Origin: an uncultured Planctomycetota bacterium
Lineage (GTDB): Bacteria > Planctomycetota > Planctomycetia > Isosphaerales > Isosphaeraceae
NCBI GenBank assembly: GCA_963823665.1
Contig: CAWGMQ010000006.1
Location: 1,728,001 to 1,792,000, forward strand
Length of the DNA: 64,000 nt
Direction: 5' to 3'
Below are positions 45,385 through 56,760 of the stretch, piece by piece. Below the pieces are notes generated by a model. It was not told the DNA's origin and made no database searches. It was given only the letters and a program-made list of their open reading frames with translations. The stretch's first letter is position 1, and each line of letters begins with the position of its first letter. Made by a program: the position numbers and the translations under genes.

Positions 45385-45768
45385 ATGATGGCCGGTTGCG
45401 AACGCGGCTATTTGTGCGCGGTCTGCGGTGAAGACGTCGAGGAGATCACCGACTCCGTGCTTTACTTGCGGTATGTCCTGGGAGAAGTTGCCTGGGACGA
45501 CCTTGACCGCAGTCCCGAAGCGCACATTCGCTGCGATCCGATCCTGGCGCAGTTCATTGTCGCGGAGGATTTCGAACCGGTGACTGCCAATGGAGTCTTC
45601 TCGAAAGGCGCCCTTGACCCTGACTTCGTCTGTGCTGAGGAATCGCGGGTAACCAGGGGATTTCTCAGGCTGCGTGCGGTGGCAGGCACGAATGTAGCGA
45701 TAGCCGAGTATCCCTTGTCGTCAGCAGGCGCCGAGGCCAATCGCGAGGCCGGCGCTCAAGGAAATTGA
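45385..45768 (+). CDS. Hypothetical Cys-containing protein
   Basis: Compact ORF in the operon; C.RGYLC..CG and HIRC motifs. Confidence 0.65.
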   Translation: MMAGCERGYLCAVCGEDVEEITDSVLYLRYVLGEVAWDDLDRSPEAHIRCDPILAQFIVAEDFEPVTANGVFSKGALDPDFVCAEESRVTRGFLRLRAVAGTNVAIAEYPLSSAGAEANREAGAQGN

Positions 45769-45817
45769 GCGCACGTGCGCGTCGAGCGATCCTTGAGCCG
45801 GGCGGAAGGCAGCCTCC

Positions 45818-46672
45818 GTGATCATGAAATCCGATTCTCGCGACAAAAAGTTCGACGACCCAGGGCCACGCCGGCTGGCATGGAACTGGATAGCGGCGCT
45901 AGCCAGGGTCATTCTTCGCAAGAAGATCGTCCCGGCCGCGCCGCGCTTGTTGTTTCTCGACGACGACCCGCAACGGGCGGAGATCTTCCTGGCCGAGCAC
46001 CCGGAGGCGGTCTGGGTTGAAACGGTTGCCGATTGCGTCGATCGGCTGCGCGAGAACTGGGATGAAGTCCATCTCGATCACGACCTGGGCGGCCGGCAGC
46101 TTGTCGGGAGTGACGACGTCGATTCCGGGATGGAGGTGATCCGGTGGCTGTGCAGGGAGCCGCGCGAGCATCTACGCGCGACGCGATTCTTCGTGCACAC
46201 CCACAACCTGGTGGCCGGCCTCATGATGGTGCTGCAAATGCGATCCAGCGGTTTCAGCGCCGAATTCCGGCCGTTCGGCCAGGACCTGGCCAAGGTCCTC
46301 GCGCACAATGAGCCGGGCGACGACGTGGCCGAGCCCGACGGCGCCTGGGAAGAAGCCTACGATCGCAAGCTGAGCGGGAACAGATTCTGGCGATGGCTGA
46401 CAGGAAAAACCGGCCGCGCGAAGGGGCCAAACGGTGAACCGTTCGAGACGCCGGAGCGCGCCACAGAGGCAAGCGGAGAATTGCCAATAGCCGGCCCGGA
46501 TTGTATTCTGAGCAACGGAGTAAGGGGACGGCCATCGAAAGAGGCCGGTTACAGTGGTGGTCTGGTCAGGAGGGTGCTCGTTGAGAACGGTCATTACCGG
46601 CGGCGCGGGGTTCATCGGCTCGCACCTTTGCGAGCGTTTCCTCGACGATGGCAGCGAAGTCATCTGCGTTGA
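45818..46672 (+). CDS. Divergent receiver-like protein (cyclic-phosphate-processing receiver type); true 3' end probably before 46580
   Basis: LFLDDD, HLDHDLG, SGMEV..WL, VHTHN; the ORF tail overlaps the next gene. Confidence 0.7.
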   Translation: MIMKSDSRDKKFDDPGPRRLAWNWIAALARVILRKKIVPAAPRLLFLDDDPQRAEIFLAEHPEAVWVETVADCVDRLRENWDEVHLDHDLGGRQLVGSDDVDSGMEVIRWLCREPREHLRATRFFVHTHNLVAGLMMVLQMRSSGFSAEFRPFGQDLAKVLAHNEPGDDVAEPDGAWEEAYDRKLSGNRFWRWLTGKTGRAKGPNGEPFETPERATEASGELPIAGPDCILSNGVRGRPSKEAGYSGGLVRRVLVENGHYRRRGVHRLAPLRAFPRRWQRSHLR

Positions 46673-47516
46673 CAATCTGCTCACCGGCACGCGGCGCAAC
46701 ATCGCGGCGCTCGTGGATAAGCCCGGATTCCGCTTCATCGAGCACAACGTTTCCGAGCCTATCGAGATCGACGGGCCGATCGACAACGTTCTGCATTTCG
46801 CCAGCCCTGCGAGCCCGGTAGACTACCTGACGCACCCGATTCCGACCCTCAAGGTCGGCTCGCTGGGCACGCATAACGCGCTGGGCCTTGCCAAGGCCAA
46901 GGATGCGCGGTTCCTGCTGGCCAGCACCTCCGAGGTCTACGGCGACCCCGAGGTCCACCCCCAGCGAGAGGATTACTGGGGGAATGTGAATCCCATTGGT
47001 CCGCGGGGGTGCTACGATGAGGCCAAACGGTTTGCCGAGGCCATCACGATGGCGTATCACCGCTATCACGGCGTCAAGACGCGGATCGTGCGGATCTTCA
47101 ACACCTACGGGCCGCGAATGCGCTTGAATGACGGCCGGGTGCTACCCAATTTCATGAAGCAAGCGCTTACGGGCGAGCCGATCACGATTTATGGCCAAGG
47201 GCAGCAGACGCGCAGCTTCTGCTATGTTTCGGATCTGGTGGAGGGGATCGTCCGCTTGCTCTACACCGAGTTTGCCGAGCCGGTCAACCTGGGAAATCCC
47301 AACGAGATCACGGTGATGCAGCTCGCCGAGGAAATCATCAGCCTGGTCGAGGGGACGAAGAGCAAAGTCATCCACGAAGGCCTGCCGGAAGACGACCCCA
47401 AGCGGCGCAAGCCGGACATCACCCGCGCCAAGACCTTGCTGGGGGGCTGGGAGCCAGTTGTCGATCGCGCGGAGGGGCTCAAACGGGCACTGGAGTATTT
47501 TCGGGGGGTAGTTTGA
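46581..47516 (+). CDS. UDP-glucuronate decarboxylase (extended SDR)
   Basis: [51 protein letters not shown] before TTG 46581. Confidence 0.93.
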   Translation: MRTVITGGAGFIGSHLCERFLDDGSEVICVDNLLTGTRRNIAALVDKPGFRFIEHNVSEPIEIDGPIDNVLHFASPASPVDYLTHPIPTLKVGSLGTHNALGLAKAKDARFLLASTSEVYGDPEVHPQREDYWGNVNPIGPRGCYDEAKRFAEAITMAYHRYHGVKTRIVRIFNTYGPRMRLNDGRVLPNFMKQALTGEPITIYGQGQQTRSFCYVSDLVEGIVRLLYTEFAEPVNLGNPNEITVMQLAEEIISLVEGTKSKVIHEGLPEDDPKRRKPDITRAKTLLGGWEPVVDRAEGLKRALEYFRGVV

Positions 47517-47619
47517 CCTTCGGTCGCGCTGAGTGCGGAGATGCGGGCGTTCGCCCGATAGTCATGCGCACTTCAAGCTGCTAATCTGGTGTGAAGCGGC
47601 TATTCATCAAAGGACAACA

Positions 47620-47865
47620 ATGGCCACACCAGAACAGCTTCGAGCGTTGATCACCGCACAACCATTTGAGCCGTTCCTGATCCGGATGGCCGGTGGCCGA
47701 GTGTTCACGGTGCGCCATCCCGAGAACGCGGCGTGCGATCTTCTCGGCCGGGCGCTCGTTGTGCTTGATCACGACGGTATTCACCAAGGCGAGATGCTCC
47801 TGGTCGAGGTAATGGAACCGGCGGGTACGACGGCCGGGCGCGAGGGAAACGGCGCGGAAGGGTGA
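47620..47865 (+). CDS. Small hypothetical protein of a common Planctomycete type
   Basis: PEQLR..ITAQPFEPF.IRMAGG..F.V.HPE; AAGGA RBS. Confidence 0.7.
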   Translation: MATPEQLRALITAQPFEPFLIRMAGGRVFTVRHPENAACDLLGRALVVLDHDGIHQGEMLLVEVMEPAGTTAGREGNGAEG

Positions 47866-48063
47866 AACGGGGCTGCGCCCGCCATTTTGCGCTCGGCGTA
47901 GCCTATCCTCTTAATGAGTGGTCTAATCGAACGAGACCGGGTGATTCCGCCGTGGTTTCTGTTCGTGCAGGACCATTCATTTTTGACGACGTGACGCTTC
48001 TCGCGTTCAGATCGCGATCTCTTAAGCATACACCTTTCGCGTCATCATCCAGGAGATACTTCG

Positions 48064-50927
48064 ATGAGCTCGAGGAGTTTGCGCGGATTTCGTCGCCGGC
48101 GGGTGAGGGAGGCACAGAACGCGCGGCCGGGAATCGATCAGCTCGAATCGCGATCCCTCCTGAGCACGACCGTTGTCCATCCCACGTTTCTGCTCGCCCC
48201 CAAATCCGGCCCAGGGGGGGCGCCGGGGGTGGGTTCTCGCCGGCGCAGATCGAGCAAGCTTACGGATTCAGCAGTATCTCGTTCAACGGCACGGCCGGTA
48301 CCGGCAAGGGTGAGACGATTGCGATCGTCGACGCCTACAATGACCCGAACATCCAGTCCGACCTGAACACGTTCGATAACGAGTTCGGGTTGCCCGCCAC
48401 GACGGTCATCCGGGTCAACGAAAACGGTGGGGCGAGCTATCCCTCGAGCGATCCCACTGGCGGCTGGGAGCTTGAGGAATCGCTCGATGTGGAGTGGGCC
48501 CACGCGATTGCGCCGCAGGCGACCATCATGCTGGTCGAGGCCAGCTCGGCGAACGATACCGACCTGCTCGCGGCCGTCCAGTATGCGGCGTCCCGTGCGA
48601 ACGTCGTGTCGATGAGCTGGGGCGGGAACGAGTTTTCGGGCGAGCAGGCGTATGACAGCGCCGATTTTGCTCACCCCGGTGTCGTGTACGTCGCGTCCGC
48701 CGGCGACTCCGGTGCGCCTGCGGAATGGCCGGCGGCTTCATCGAATGTGCTGTCGGTCGGCGGCACGGCGCTTTCACTGGGCACTGCGAACGCCTGGTTG
48801 AGCGAAACCGGCTGGAGCGACGGAGGCGGGGGCCCGAGCGCGTATGAAGCGCAGCCGTCATACCAGGCGGGTGTGGTCACGCAAACGTCGACGGCGCGGG
48901 CGACGCCGGACGTTGCCTATGACGCGTCGCCCTCGACGGGGGTCGGCGTCTACGACTCTGTGCCCTACGAGGGAGAGTCGCTTGGCTGGATCGAGGTTGG
49001 CGGCACCAGCGCGGGGGCGCCCCAGTGGTCGGCCCTGCTGGCGATCGCGGATCAGGGACGAGCCTTGAACAGCCAGTCGCCGCTCAATAGCGGCGGTCCG
49101 CAGCAGGTCATGACCACGCTGTACAAGAACCCGGCTGATTTTCACGACATCACGACTGGCACCAGCGTCGGCAGCCCCAGATATTCGGCCGGGCCGGGCT
49201 ACGACTATGTCACCGGCATGGGCTCTCCAATCGCGAATCTCGTGGTCGGCTCGCTCGTGGGCAGCAATTCGACCGCATCCAATGACACGCTCGTTCTCTT
49301 CGCTTCTCCGAGCGAGACCGCGGGCCAGTCGTTCAGCCTCACGGTCACCGCAAAGAACTCGAGCGGGGCCACCGACACCGGGTATACCGGCACGATTGGG
49401 TTCTCGAGCAGCGACGTGCAGGCCGGCCTGCCGGCCAACTTCAAGTTCTCGGCTGCCAATGATGGCACGTATACCTTCACGGTGACGCTCAAGACCGCAG
49501 GCAGCCAGTCGATCACCGCGACGGACACAACAACGGCGGCGATCACCGGCACGCTGACCGGGATCAACGTCAGCCCGGCCCAAGCCAGCTCGTTCACGAT
49601 TTCGGGACTTCCCTCGACCGCAACCGCCGGTGCGGCTGAGTCGTTCACGGTCACCGCATATGATCCCTATGGCAATGTGGCAAGTGGGTACACCGGCACG
49701 GTGCAGTTCTCGAGCAGCGATACAGCCGCCAGCCTGCCCTCGAGTTATCCGTTCACGTCCGCCAATGGAGGGACGCATACGTTCTCGCTCACGTTCGAGA
49801 CCGCCGGCACGCAGTCGCTGACGGTGACGGACACGGCCTCGCACCTCACCGCGACCCAGTCGGGAATCAGCGTCGCACCGGCCGCCCCGACGGACCTGGT
49901 TGCGAGTGCGGCCTCGACGAGCCAGATCAATCTCACGTGGACAGCCTCGAACGGCGCCACGGGTTACTTGATCCAGCAAAGTCTCACCGGCAACTCCGGG
50001 TGGACGCAGGTTGGAAGCACGTCGGGTGGGACGACGTCGTTCCCGGAGACCGGCCTCGCCGCGGGAACGACCTATTACTACCGCGTCGCGGCCACACTTG
50101 GCAGCACGGATTCACCGTACAGCAACGTGGCGAATGCGACGACAACCGGCACCACTCCGGTGACGACGGCCAGTAGCATCTGGAATAACTCATACGTCCC
50201 GAACGAGAACGCCTACAGTTACGGGAACTACGAGGTGGGTGTGAAGTTCACCTCGAGCGTGACCGGCTTGGCGACCGGGGTCCGCTTCTACAAACAGACG
50301 TTCATGGGCGGGTATCTGCACGTCGGGCATCTCTGGTCGTCAACGGGGGCTTTGCTGGCGACCGCGACGTTCACGAACGAGTCAGCCAGCGGCTGGCAGC
50401 AGGTGAGCTTCGCGAGCCCGGTGGTGATCAAGGCCAATACGGTCTATGTGGTTTCATTCTCGACGGGAGGCGGATATTTCGGAATCAGCACTGGCTTCTT
50501 CAACGCCGGTGGCGTGACGAACGGGTCGCTCGAGGCGTTGCCCGGCAATGTTTCCGGAGGCGACGGGGTGTACAACCGCGGCGGCGCGTTTCCAGCGGTG
50601 AACGCCAACGGGATGAACTTCTGGGCCGATGTCGCCTTCACGCCGTCGTCCGGCGGCGGTCAGGCGCCGGCAGCTTCCTTGCCGGGTTCGCATTCGCTTG
50701 CGACGGCCGCTCTCGGTATGGGCACGTTGACGACCGGTCAGTCGAGCCGCTCACTGACGGCGCTCTTGGCGGCCACGCCGGCAGGGCCTGCCGGCTACTT
50801 CGCAGGGTCGCGCGGAGCGACGCCCAGCTTCACCGGCTCGACGTTCTCTCGCGGCGTGGTCGCGCAGGCGGTGACGAAGGTTGGTACGCTCAAGGATCCT
50901 TCGTTGCGGTCGGGTCTGGGTTTGTGA
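48064..50927 (+). CDS. LESR-xLL protein: S53 (sedolisin/kumamolisin) peptidase, Ig-like domains, FN3, DUF4082 (frameshift in G-runs near 48214-48232)
   Basis: QLESRSLLS; EESLDVE, ASAGDSG, GGTSAGAP, GYDYVTGMGS; FN3 LTW...YYYRV; DUF4082-like EVGVKF...GVRFYK...SGWQ. Confidence 0.9.
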
Positions 50928-50961
50928 GTCCGGTCGGGTGGTGATGCGTGCCTTCTCGGTG

Positions 50962-52155
50962 TTAACTTGCTCGCGGCGCTCGCTTCCAGGCGCGCCGGAT
51001 GCTCAGGCCGCCCACAATCAATGCGAAAAACGCCAGCGTGCTCGGCTCGGGCAGGCTCGTGATCATGGCCAGCGGCGCCTCGCCGGGTGGGGTCAGCAGG
51101 TAGTCTTGCATTTGTCCGCCCGGAGTCGTGCCGCCATAGGCAACGATCTGGCCCAGGTTGTTGATGCTTGACGCGCCAAAAAGCGTGATACCCGATAGTG
51201 AAGCCGGCAACACGCTGTTGAGGTCTGTCATCGTGCCGTTCTGATAGAGGAACGCGTGAATTGCGCCGGTTGATGTCGCAGACTCACCGACGATGGCACC
51301 GCTGTCGTTGATGGCTTGGGCCGAGCTGCCGCCCCCCAGAGTTCCGATCGTTTTCCAGATTCCGTTCGAGTACATTGCGGCGATCTGCTGTGGACCGGTG
51401 GTGAACGCGGTGCCCGCCACCTGGCCGCTGTTATTGATGGCGGTGGCTTCAACGCCGCCCGGAAAGCTCTGATTTTGCAGGCTCACGAAGTGCCCGTTGA
51501 TGTAAAGGGCGGGCGGGTTGCCCTGGTTGTCCATCACCACGATCTGGCCGGAATTGTTCATGGCGACGGACGTGATCCCGTGTGGGATGGCGCTGGCATA
51601 AACGTTGGTGCTTGCCGGTGGGAGACCGAGGTTGGTCACAGCGCCCTGGTTGTAGGTGCCCAGGTTGTTGCCGAAAGCGTTCGGCTGAGTGACCCCAGGC
51701 GGTACGACCGCGCCTGCGACTGTGCCCGCGTCGTTGATTGCCAGACCGCCGGCCGACACGGGGACGCCCGCTGCCACCGGGAAGATGCCGGTTTCGGTCT
51801 GTATGCCGGCGGCCGTCGTGAGGTTGGTCGTCTGGCCATTGCTGTAAAGGAAGGTTGCCACACCTGAGGAACTGGCGTAGGCCCCGACGACCTGACCCGA
51901 GTCGTTGAGTCCAAGCGGGTTGATGGCCGTTGCGCCGGGAATGTTAATTGGCGTGCCCTGCCCCGCGTTTGGCCCGTAACCGTTGATTAGATAGGCCCCG
52001 TTGTAGGCGGGAACGACGTACTGCCCCTGGTTGTTGAGCAAAACGCCGGTAGTATCGAAATTGACGGGCGTTACCGAATAGAGCGCGTCGGCGAAGCCCG
52101 TTTGTGTCGATGCGAGAACGAGAAGAATCGACGAAATCACACAGAGCTGCTTCAT
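50962..52155 (-). CDS. PEP-CTERM protein with HAF/DUF3466-like repeats
   Basis: Signal peptide; AINNSGQV repeats; HAFLYQNG.MTDL; LPEPST followed by a TM helix and basic tail. Confidence 0.9.
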   Translation of the reverse strand: MKQLCVISSILLVLASTQTGFADALYSVTPVNFDTTGVLLNNQGQYVVPAYNGAYLINGYGPNAGQGTPINIPGATAINPLGLNDSGQVVGAYASSSGVATFLYSNGQTTNLTTAAGIQTETGIFPVAAGVPVSAGGLAINDAGTVAGAVVPPGVTQPNAFGNNLGTYNQGAVTNLGLPPASTNVYASAIPHGITSVAMNNSGQIVVMDNQGNPPALYINGHFVSLQNQSFPGGVEATAINNSGQVAGTAFTTGPQQIAAMYSNGIWKTIGTLGGGSSAQAINDSGAIVGESATSTGAIHAFLYQNGTMTDLNSVLPASLSGITLFGASSINNLGQIVAYGGTTPGGQMQDYLLTPPGEAPLAMITSLPEPSTLAFFALIVGGLSIRRAWKRAPRAS

Positions 52156-52400
52156 CGACGACTCCTGATCGAATCCGGCGACGGGAACTGCGACGATCGC
52201 ACGCTGAACTTTGCGCGGCCGGTATTCTGGGAAAGATCGCAAGAATCGTCAAGTGCGGTCAGGATCTCGCAAGTGGTCGGCCGGATCAGATGATCCTCTG
52301 CCGAGAGAGCATTCTTGGATACGCGGTGACAAACCGTGGCAGACACGTATCTGGGACTTTTTCTGGCCGATCGGGGTTGCCGGACACAACTGGGCATGAA

Positions 52401-52712
52401 TCACGAAGCAGGCTGTTTCGTCGAGCTTGCGGATGCCACAGCTTCATCGAAGTCGTCGCTCTTCATCACCCCGGTCGCATCAAGCATCATGCGCACCGCG
52501 ATCAAGTGATGGGGCAGGACAATTTGGTTGGATCGATAGATCGGAATGGCGAACTCGGCACCGGATGAGGCATGCGCAAAGAAAGTGTACTTCTTGGGCG
52601 TGATCGTCTCAGCGAAGCCCAGATCCAACAACAATTTCCGAAGCTGCGCGAAATTGATTCTCGGATTAGACATGCTCGGAACCCCCGCGGCGAATTCGTT
52701 TTTCGATGCCAC
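52401..52712 (-). CDS. HicA-like small protein
   Basis: FAQLRKLLLDLGF...FAH...IP pattern; the canonical GSH is absent. Confidence 0.45.
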   Translation of the reverse strand: MASKNEFAAGVPSMSNPRINFAQLRKLLLDLGFAETITPKKYTFFAHASSGAEFAIPIYRSNQIVLPHHLIAVRMMLDATGVMKSDDFDEAVASASSTKQPAS

Positions 52713-53607
52713 TCATGGTCGCCCCCAGCCACCGAGGCTGGAAAGCACCGCATGAACCAGGAGCCTCGTGACCCCGGCCAGAAACTCGTAATCAAGCGTC
52801 TCCGGCGTGTCGGTCGGGCGGTGGTAGTGCGGGTTGCGGAACTCGGCGGTGTCGGTCCACATGAGCGCCGGAATACCCGCACGCCAGAACGGGGCATGGT
52901 CGCTGCGGAGCACATGATGCGAGATCCGCCCGATCATCTCCAGCGGCACGTCAGGTAAGAAGAGGCCCTGAACCGGGACGGCATGGCAATCGGCCGTGGC
53001 CAGGACATGTTCCAGGATGCGCCGAGACCCAGATGTCCCGACGAGCGCGAGGAAATCGCCGACCGTCGGCGCCTGAATCAGGGGTACGGGATTGCGCTGC
53101 GAGCCCGGTTGCCGGCTGGCAAAGCCGACCATCTCCAGGATGTGGACCTCCTCCGGGCGATGCTGGCCGAGCCCGGCGACGTGCGCCCGGCTACCCAGGA
53201 ACCCGCATTCTTCACCGTCGAAAGCAACGAAGCAGACTTCTTCGTTGGAGACCGATCGCGCGGGCCGCTCCGATCACGGCCGACACGGCGCTGGCGTTGT
53301 CGTCAGCCCCTGGCGTGCCGGGGACCGAGTCGTAGTGTGCCCCGATCAGGATTCTGGCTCGGCGGGGGTCGCCGACGACCACGTTACGCGCTTCGTCGAC
53401 CTTCACGCGCCCGCGGCCGGCTTCGGACTCCGAGAATAATTCGATCAAAGACCGTCGGACCGCGAAGTTTTCGGGCGTACCGGTGGGACGCGGGACGCTG
53501 ATTTGTTCGACGATCTGCCTCAGATCATTTGGGGCGATGGCGGCGAGGCGGCCCGATATGGACTCGGGCAGCGGCTTCGAGCCCGGACTGGACGCCACAA
53601 GTTGCAT
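52713..53607 (-). CDS. M28 family metallopeptidase (frameshifted near 53130-53250)
   Basis: GAHYD, GADDNASAV, RSDHAPFW, NPHYH.PTDT. Confidence 0.9.
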
Positions 53608-53782
53608 TGTGATAATCCCTGGGAACCACGATTCAACGACCGGAGACCCACCAGGACCGTAACTCATGGCGATTGCCCAAGCCACCCAGGAGTCTCGCCG
53701 CGCCGGTCTTTGTGGTCGCCAGGTGCAACTCGCTATCAGACGTTATCGCCTGATATGTTTTCATCCCGTTGATCTGGCATCA

Positions 53783-54073
53783 CTACAAGCTCTCCACATA
53801 ATCCTTGGCTTCCTTGAGCCCGGCCCCGGTTTGCGCTCGGTACAATTTGATCGCCTCGATCTTCCGGCCGGCCTTCACGCGCTCCATCACTTCCGGATTC
53901 ACGCCTTGATTGGGATCGAGCCCGAGATGCGCCACGATCAAGTCGACCTTTCGCTCGATCCGGACAAGCCGCCTCCTGGGCTCGCGCCCGAATCCGGACA
54001 AGATCACGCCGAGAACGAATGAGGAAAGCAGCAACACCAGCCAGAATGTCGCGTCCACGGCTTGCTCCGTCAC
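53783..54073 (-). CDS. Membrane-anchored protein with L7/L12 C-terminal-like domain
   Basis: N-terminal TM helix; KIEAIKLYR..TGAGLKEAKDYVE. Confidence 0.8.
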   Translation of the reverse strand: MTEQAVDATFWLVLLLSSFVLGVILSGFGREPRRRLVRIERKVDLIVAHLGLDPNQGVNPEVMERVKAGRKIEAIKLYRAQTGAGLKEAKDYVESL

Positions 54074-54376
54074 GTTTGAGTGGGGAAGGAAAGTGCTTTC
54101 ACGCGGTACGTTGGCGATTGTCGCCGTCGTTCAATCACCGCGCTCGCGGTCAGCGGGAATGTTTGGAGGGCCGCATCTCACAACGCGAAGCCGCGACTCC
54201 CAATTGACAGCGATTGTCTCTGTCTGTGTGCTCCTGGTCAAATGAGTGGTATGCTCGGGTGAGGGAGCTGGACCGTGATCCCTGGGGCCGAATCCCTGCC
54301 GATCGGACGCAGAGCACCTGAGAGACTTTGGGCTTTGTCGTCGTAGCGACGAGTGGTCTGGGCTAGGGAATCGTCG

Positions 54377-54616
54377 ATGATCCAAGCGGAAGGGAACAGC
54401 AGATTTGGTTGGATGCTCGTCATCGGCGGCCTGATCGTTGCCGGGGTTGGGCTTGTCTGGGTGTTGGCACCGAACCTGCCGAGGCTGGGGCGGTTGCCCG
54501 GTGATATCGTGATCGAGCGGGGGAACAGCCGGTTCTACTTCCCGATCGTGACTTGTATCGTGATCAGTGTGCTGCTCACCCTTGCGGGGTGGGTGTATCG
54601 AAACTTGATGCGGTGA
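54377..54616 (+). CDS. DUF2905 family membrane protein
   Basis: LGRLPGDIVIER.N.RFYFPIVTC. Confidence 0.9.
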   Translation: MIQAEGNSRFGWMLVIGGLIVAGVGLVWVLAPNLPRLGRLPGDIVIERGNSRFYFPIVTCIVISVLLTLAGWVYRNLMR

Positions 54617-54643
54617 TGTGTTCTGGGACCGGGAGCTGGACTC

Positions 54644-55580
54644 ATGAACGACCGGCGACGTGGAGCCTTGATCGGCCTTGCTGTGGGTGACGCACTCGGG
54701 GCCGCTGTGGAGTTCAAATCCCCCGGGAGTTTCGCCCCCGTCACCGGCTATCGCGACGGCGGGCCGCATCGGCTGGAGACCTGGAGAGTGGACCGACGAC
54801 ACCAGCATGGCGCTGGCATTGGCCGACAGCATCGCCACCGCCGGCTGGGACTTGAACGACCAGGCGGGCCGATACGTTCAATGGTGGAAGACGGGCAAGT
54901 ACTCGGTGAACGGCCGATGTTTCGACATCGGCATCACAACGCGGAGTGCGCTCGGCCATTTCGCCGCGAACAGGAGTGCACTCGCATCCGGCGACCGCTC
55001 CGAAGGGGCCAGTGGCAATGGCTCGATCATGCGGTTGGCTCCGGTTCCGATCCGATTCGGGCATCTTTACGCCGATCGGGTTGACGAGCTTGCCAGGCTC
55101 GCCGAGGAATCGAGCTTGCCGACGCATGCCAGCGAACAATGCGTTTCCGCGTGCCGGTATCTGGCGACTGTTCTGGCTGGATTGATGCACGGCGAAGATC
55201 GTGACGAAGTTCTCTCCCCGGACTGGAAGCCTTTGCAAAAGCTCAACGAGATCAAGCCGCTGCATCCGTTGATTCAAGAAATTGCCCGAGGGAGTTTTCG
55301 TCAGAAGCAACCGCCGGCGATTTGCGGATCGGGCTGGGTGGTCAAGAGTCTGGAGGCGGCGTTGTGGGCCTTTCACGACGCCTCGACGTTTGCGGAAGCT
55401 GTCTTGAAGGCCGTTAACCTGGGCGACGACGCGGATACCACTGGAGCCGTCTGCGGGCAACTGGCTGGGGCGTATTGGGGCGAGTCGGGCATTTGCGAAT
55501 CGCTGCGAGCGGGTCTGGCACGAATGGATCTGCTCGAGAGCGCGCTCGCGGGGATTGTGGGCGACGAGCGACCGATATGA
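54644..55580 (+). CDS. ADP-ribosylglycohydrolase family protein (frameshift near 54775)
   Basis: GLAVGDALG, WTDDT, GNGSIMR, THA, GDDADTTGAV.GQLAGA. Confidence 0.93.
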
Positions 55581-55840
55581 CGATCCTCTTCCTCCATGGC
55601 TGGCACTCGGTTCCGGGCGGCGTCAAGCCGACGTACCTGAAGGAGCACGGCCACGCGGTGATCAATCCTGCCCTCGACGATGACGATTTTGCGGCGGCTC
55701 TTGCGACTGCGGCTCACCGATCTTTATTTCTCGTGGTGGCTTCGCCCTGGGAAGACGCGGAGTCTTACTTCAGGGGGGGTGAATCGCGCGTACGTCGTTC
55801 ATGTTCCGAAGGACCACGATACAAGAACTCCAAAATCTGA
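55577..55840 (+). pseudogene. Truncated alpha/beta hydrolase N-terminus joined to an esterase-like fragment
   Basis: MTILFLHGW.S.PGG.KP...NPAL breaks off after about 45 aa; GGVNRAYVVHVP occurs in another frame. Confidence 0.55.
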
Positions 55841-55858
55841 TGAACCGGAGGCGATCCC

Positions 55859-56407
55859 ATGCCTGACGATGGTCTTGAACCGGTCGACATCACGGGCCGA
55901 TGGGTCGGGTTCTACCGGCAGCGCTGGGAAGAACCGGCGACTTTCCCGATCGTCGCCGAGATCGAGCAGACCGGCAACTCGATCACGGGAGAGATGTACG
56001 ATCAAATCACCGAGCAGTCGGACGACTTCGTCGAGTTCGTAAAGTTGATCGACAAGAGCATCACCAACGAGTCCAGGCGCCGACTGAAGGCGATGATCAG
56101 CCACTTAGGTCCGAAGAGCGTCAGGAATTCCCGGCTACCGGACACGTCCGACCTCGAGGGAACGGTCAGAGGCACCCAGGTGGAGTTCACGAAGATCTAT
56201 CGAGGGGCGTACGAGGTCACCTGGACCGTGGAAGGGAATCCCGTTGCCTCCGTGCGGCGAGAAGGGCACAAAGTTCGATACTCCGGTCAGCTCGATCCGG
56301 ACGGCGTGTGCATTGCGGGAAAGTGGACCATCAGCCAGCAAGGGGTCTTCGGTTGGTTCTTACCGCCCCAAGCATGGGGGTTCTTCGAGCTTTACAGGAA
56401 GTCTTGA
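55859..56407 (+). CDS. Hypothetical protein
   Basis: GGAGG RBS; ITGRWVGFY...FTKIY...YSG...GKW...GFFEL. Confidence 0.7.
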   Translation: MPDDGLEPVDITGRWVGFYRQRWEEPATFPIVAEIEQTGNSITGEMYDQITEQSDDFVEFVKLIDKSITNESRRRLKAMISHLGPKSVRNSRLPDTSDLEGTVRGTQVEFTKIYRGAYEVTWTVEGNPVASVRREGHKVRYSGQLDPDGVCIAGKWTISQQGVFGWFLPPQAWGFFELYRKS

Positions 56408-56427
56408 GCGTGCGAGGGCGGTTGCTT

Positions 56428-56664
56428 TTATCGCTGGATGATGTTGGATGCGTCATGCCAGTCCATTCCGCACGCGAAACACTGTTTCGCACTGTTCGCG
56501 CGCAGCGGTTTTCCGCAATACGGGCAGGGCTTGCCGATCCGGTTTTTGGTGTCGCCCTGACCCTCCAAGGCTTGGTCAACCCAGCATTTCGCATCAGCGA
56601 GGCCCCAGCCCGTTACTTCCCTCAGGTGCTTGATCGCCGGGATGGTGTGCCCTTGACGTATCAT
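56428..56664 (-). CDS. L7/L12-like helical domain fused to a Zn-ribbon
   Basis: AIKHLREVTGWGLADAK; CPYC...CFAC. Confidence 0.7.
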   Translation of the reverse strand: MIRQGHTIPAIKHLREVTGWGLADAKCWVDQALEGQGDTKNRIGKPCPYCGKPLRANSAKQCFACGMDWHDASNIIQR

Positions 56665-56760
56665 GGCTGTAACTTCCAGGGCTTCGGATGAGAGCTTACG
56701 CCAGATCTACAAGGCGGCAAAAGGCAGGGTCGAGGAGGATCGCTAGCCAGCGGCGAGGAC

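Noticed and set aside
53783..54073. Ribosomal protein gene rplL
   Set aside because: Has a TM N-terminus, lacks the dimerisation domain and is not in an rplJ/rpoB context.
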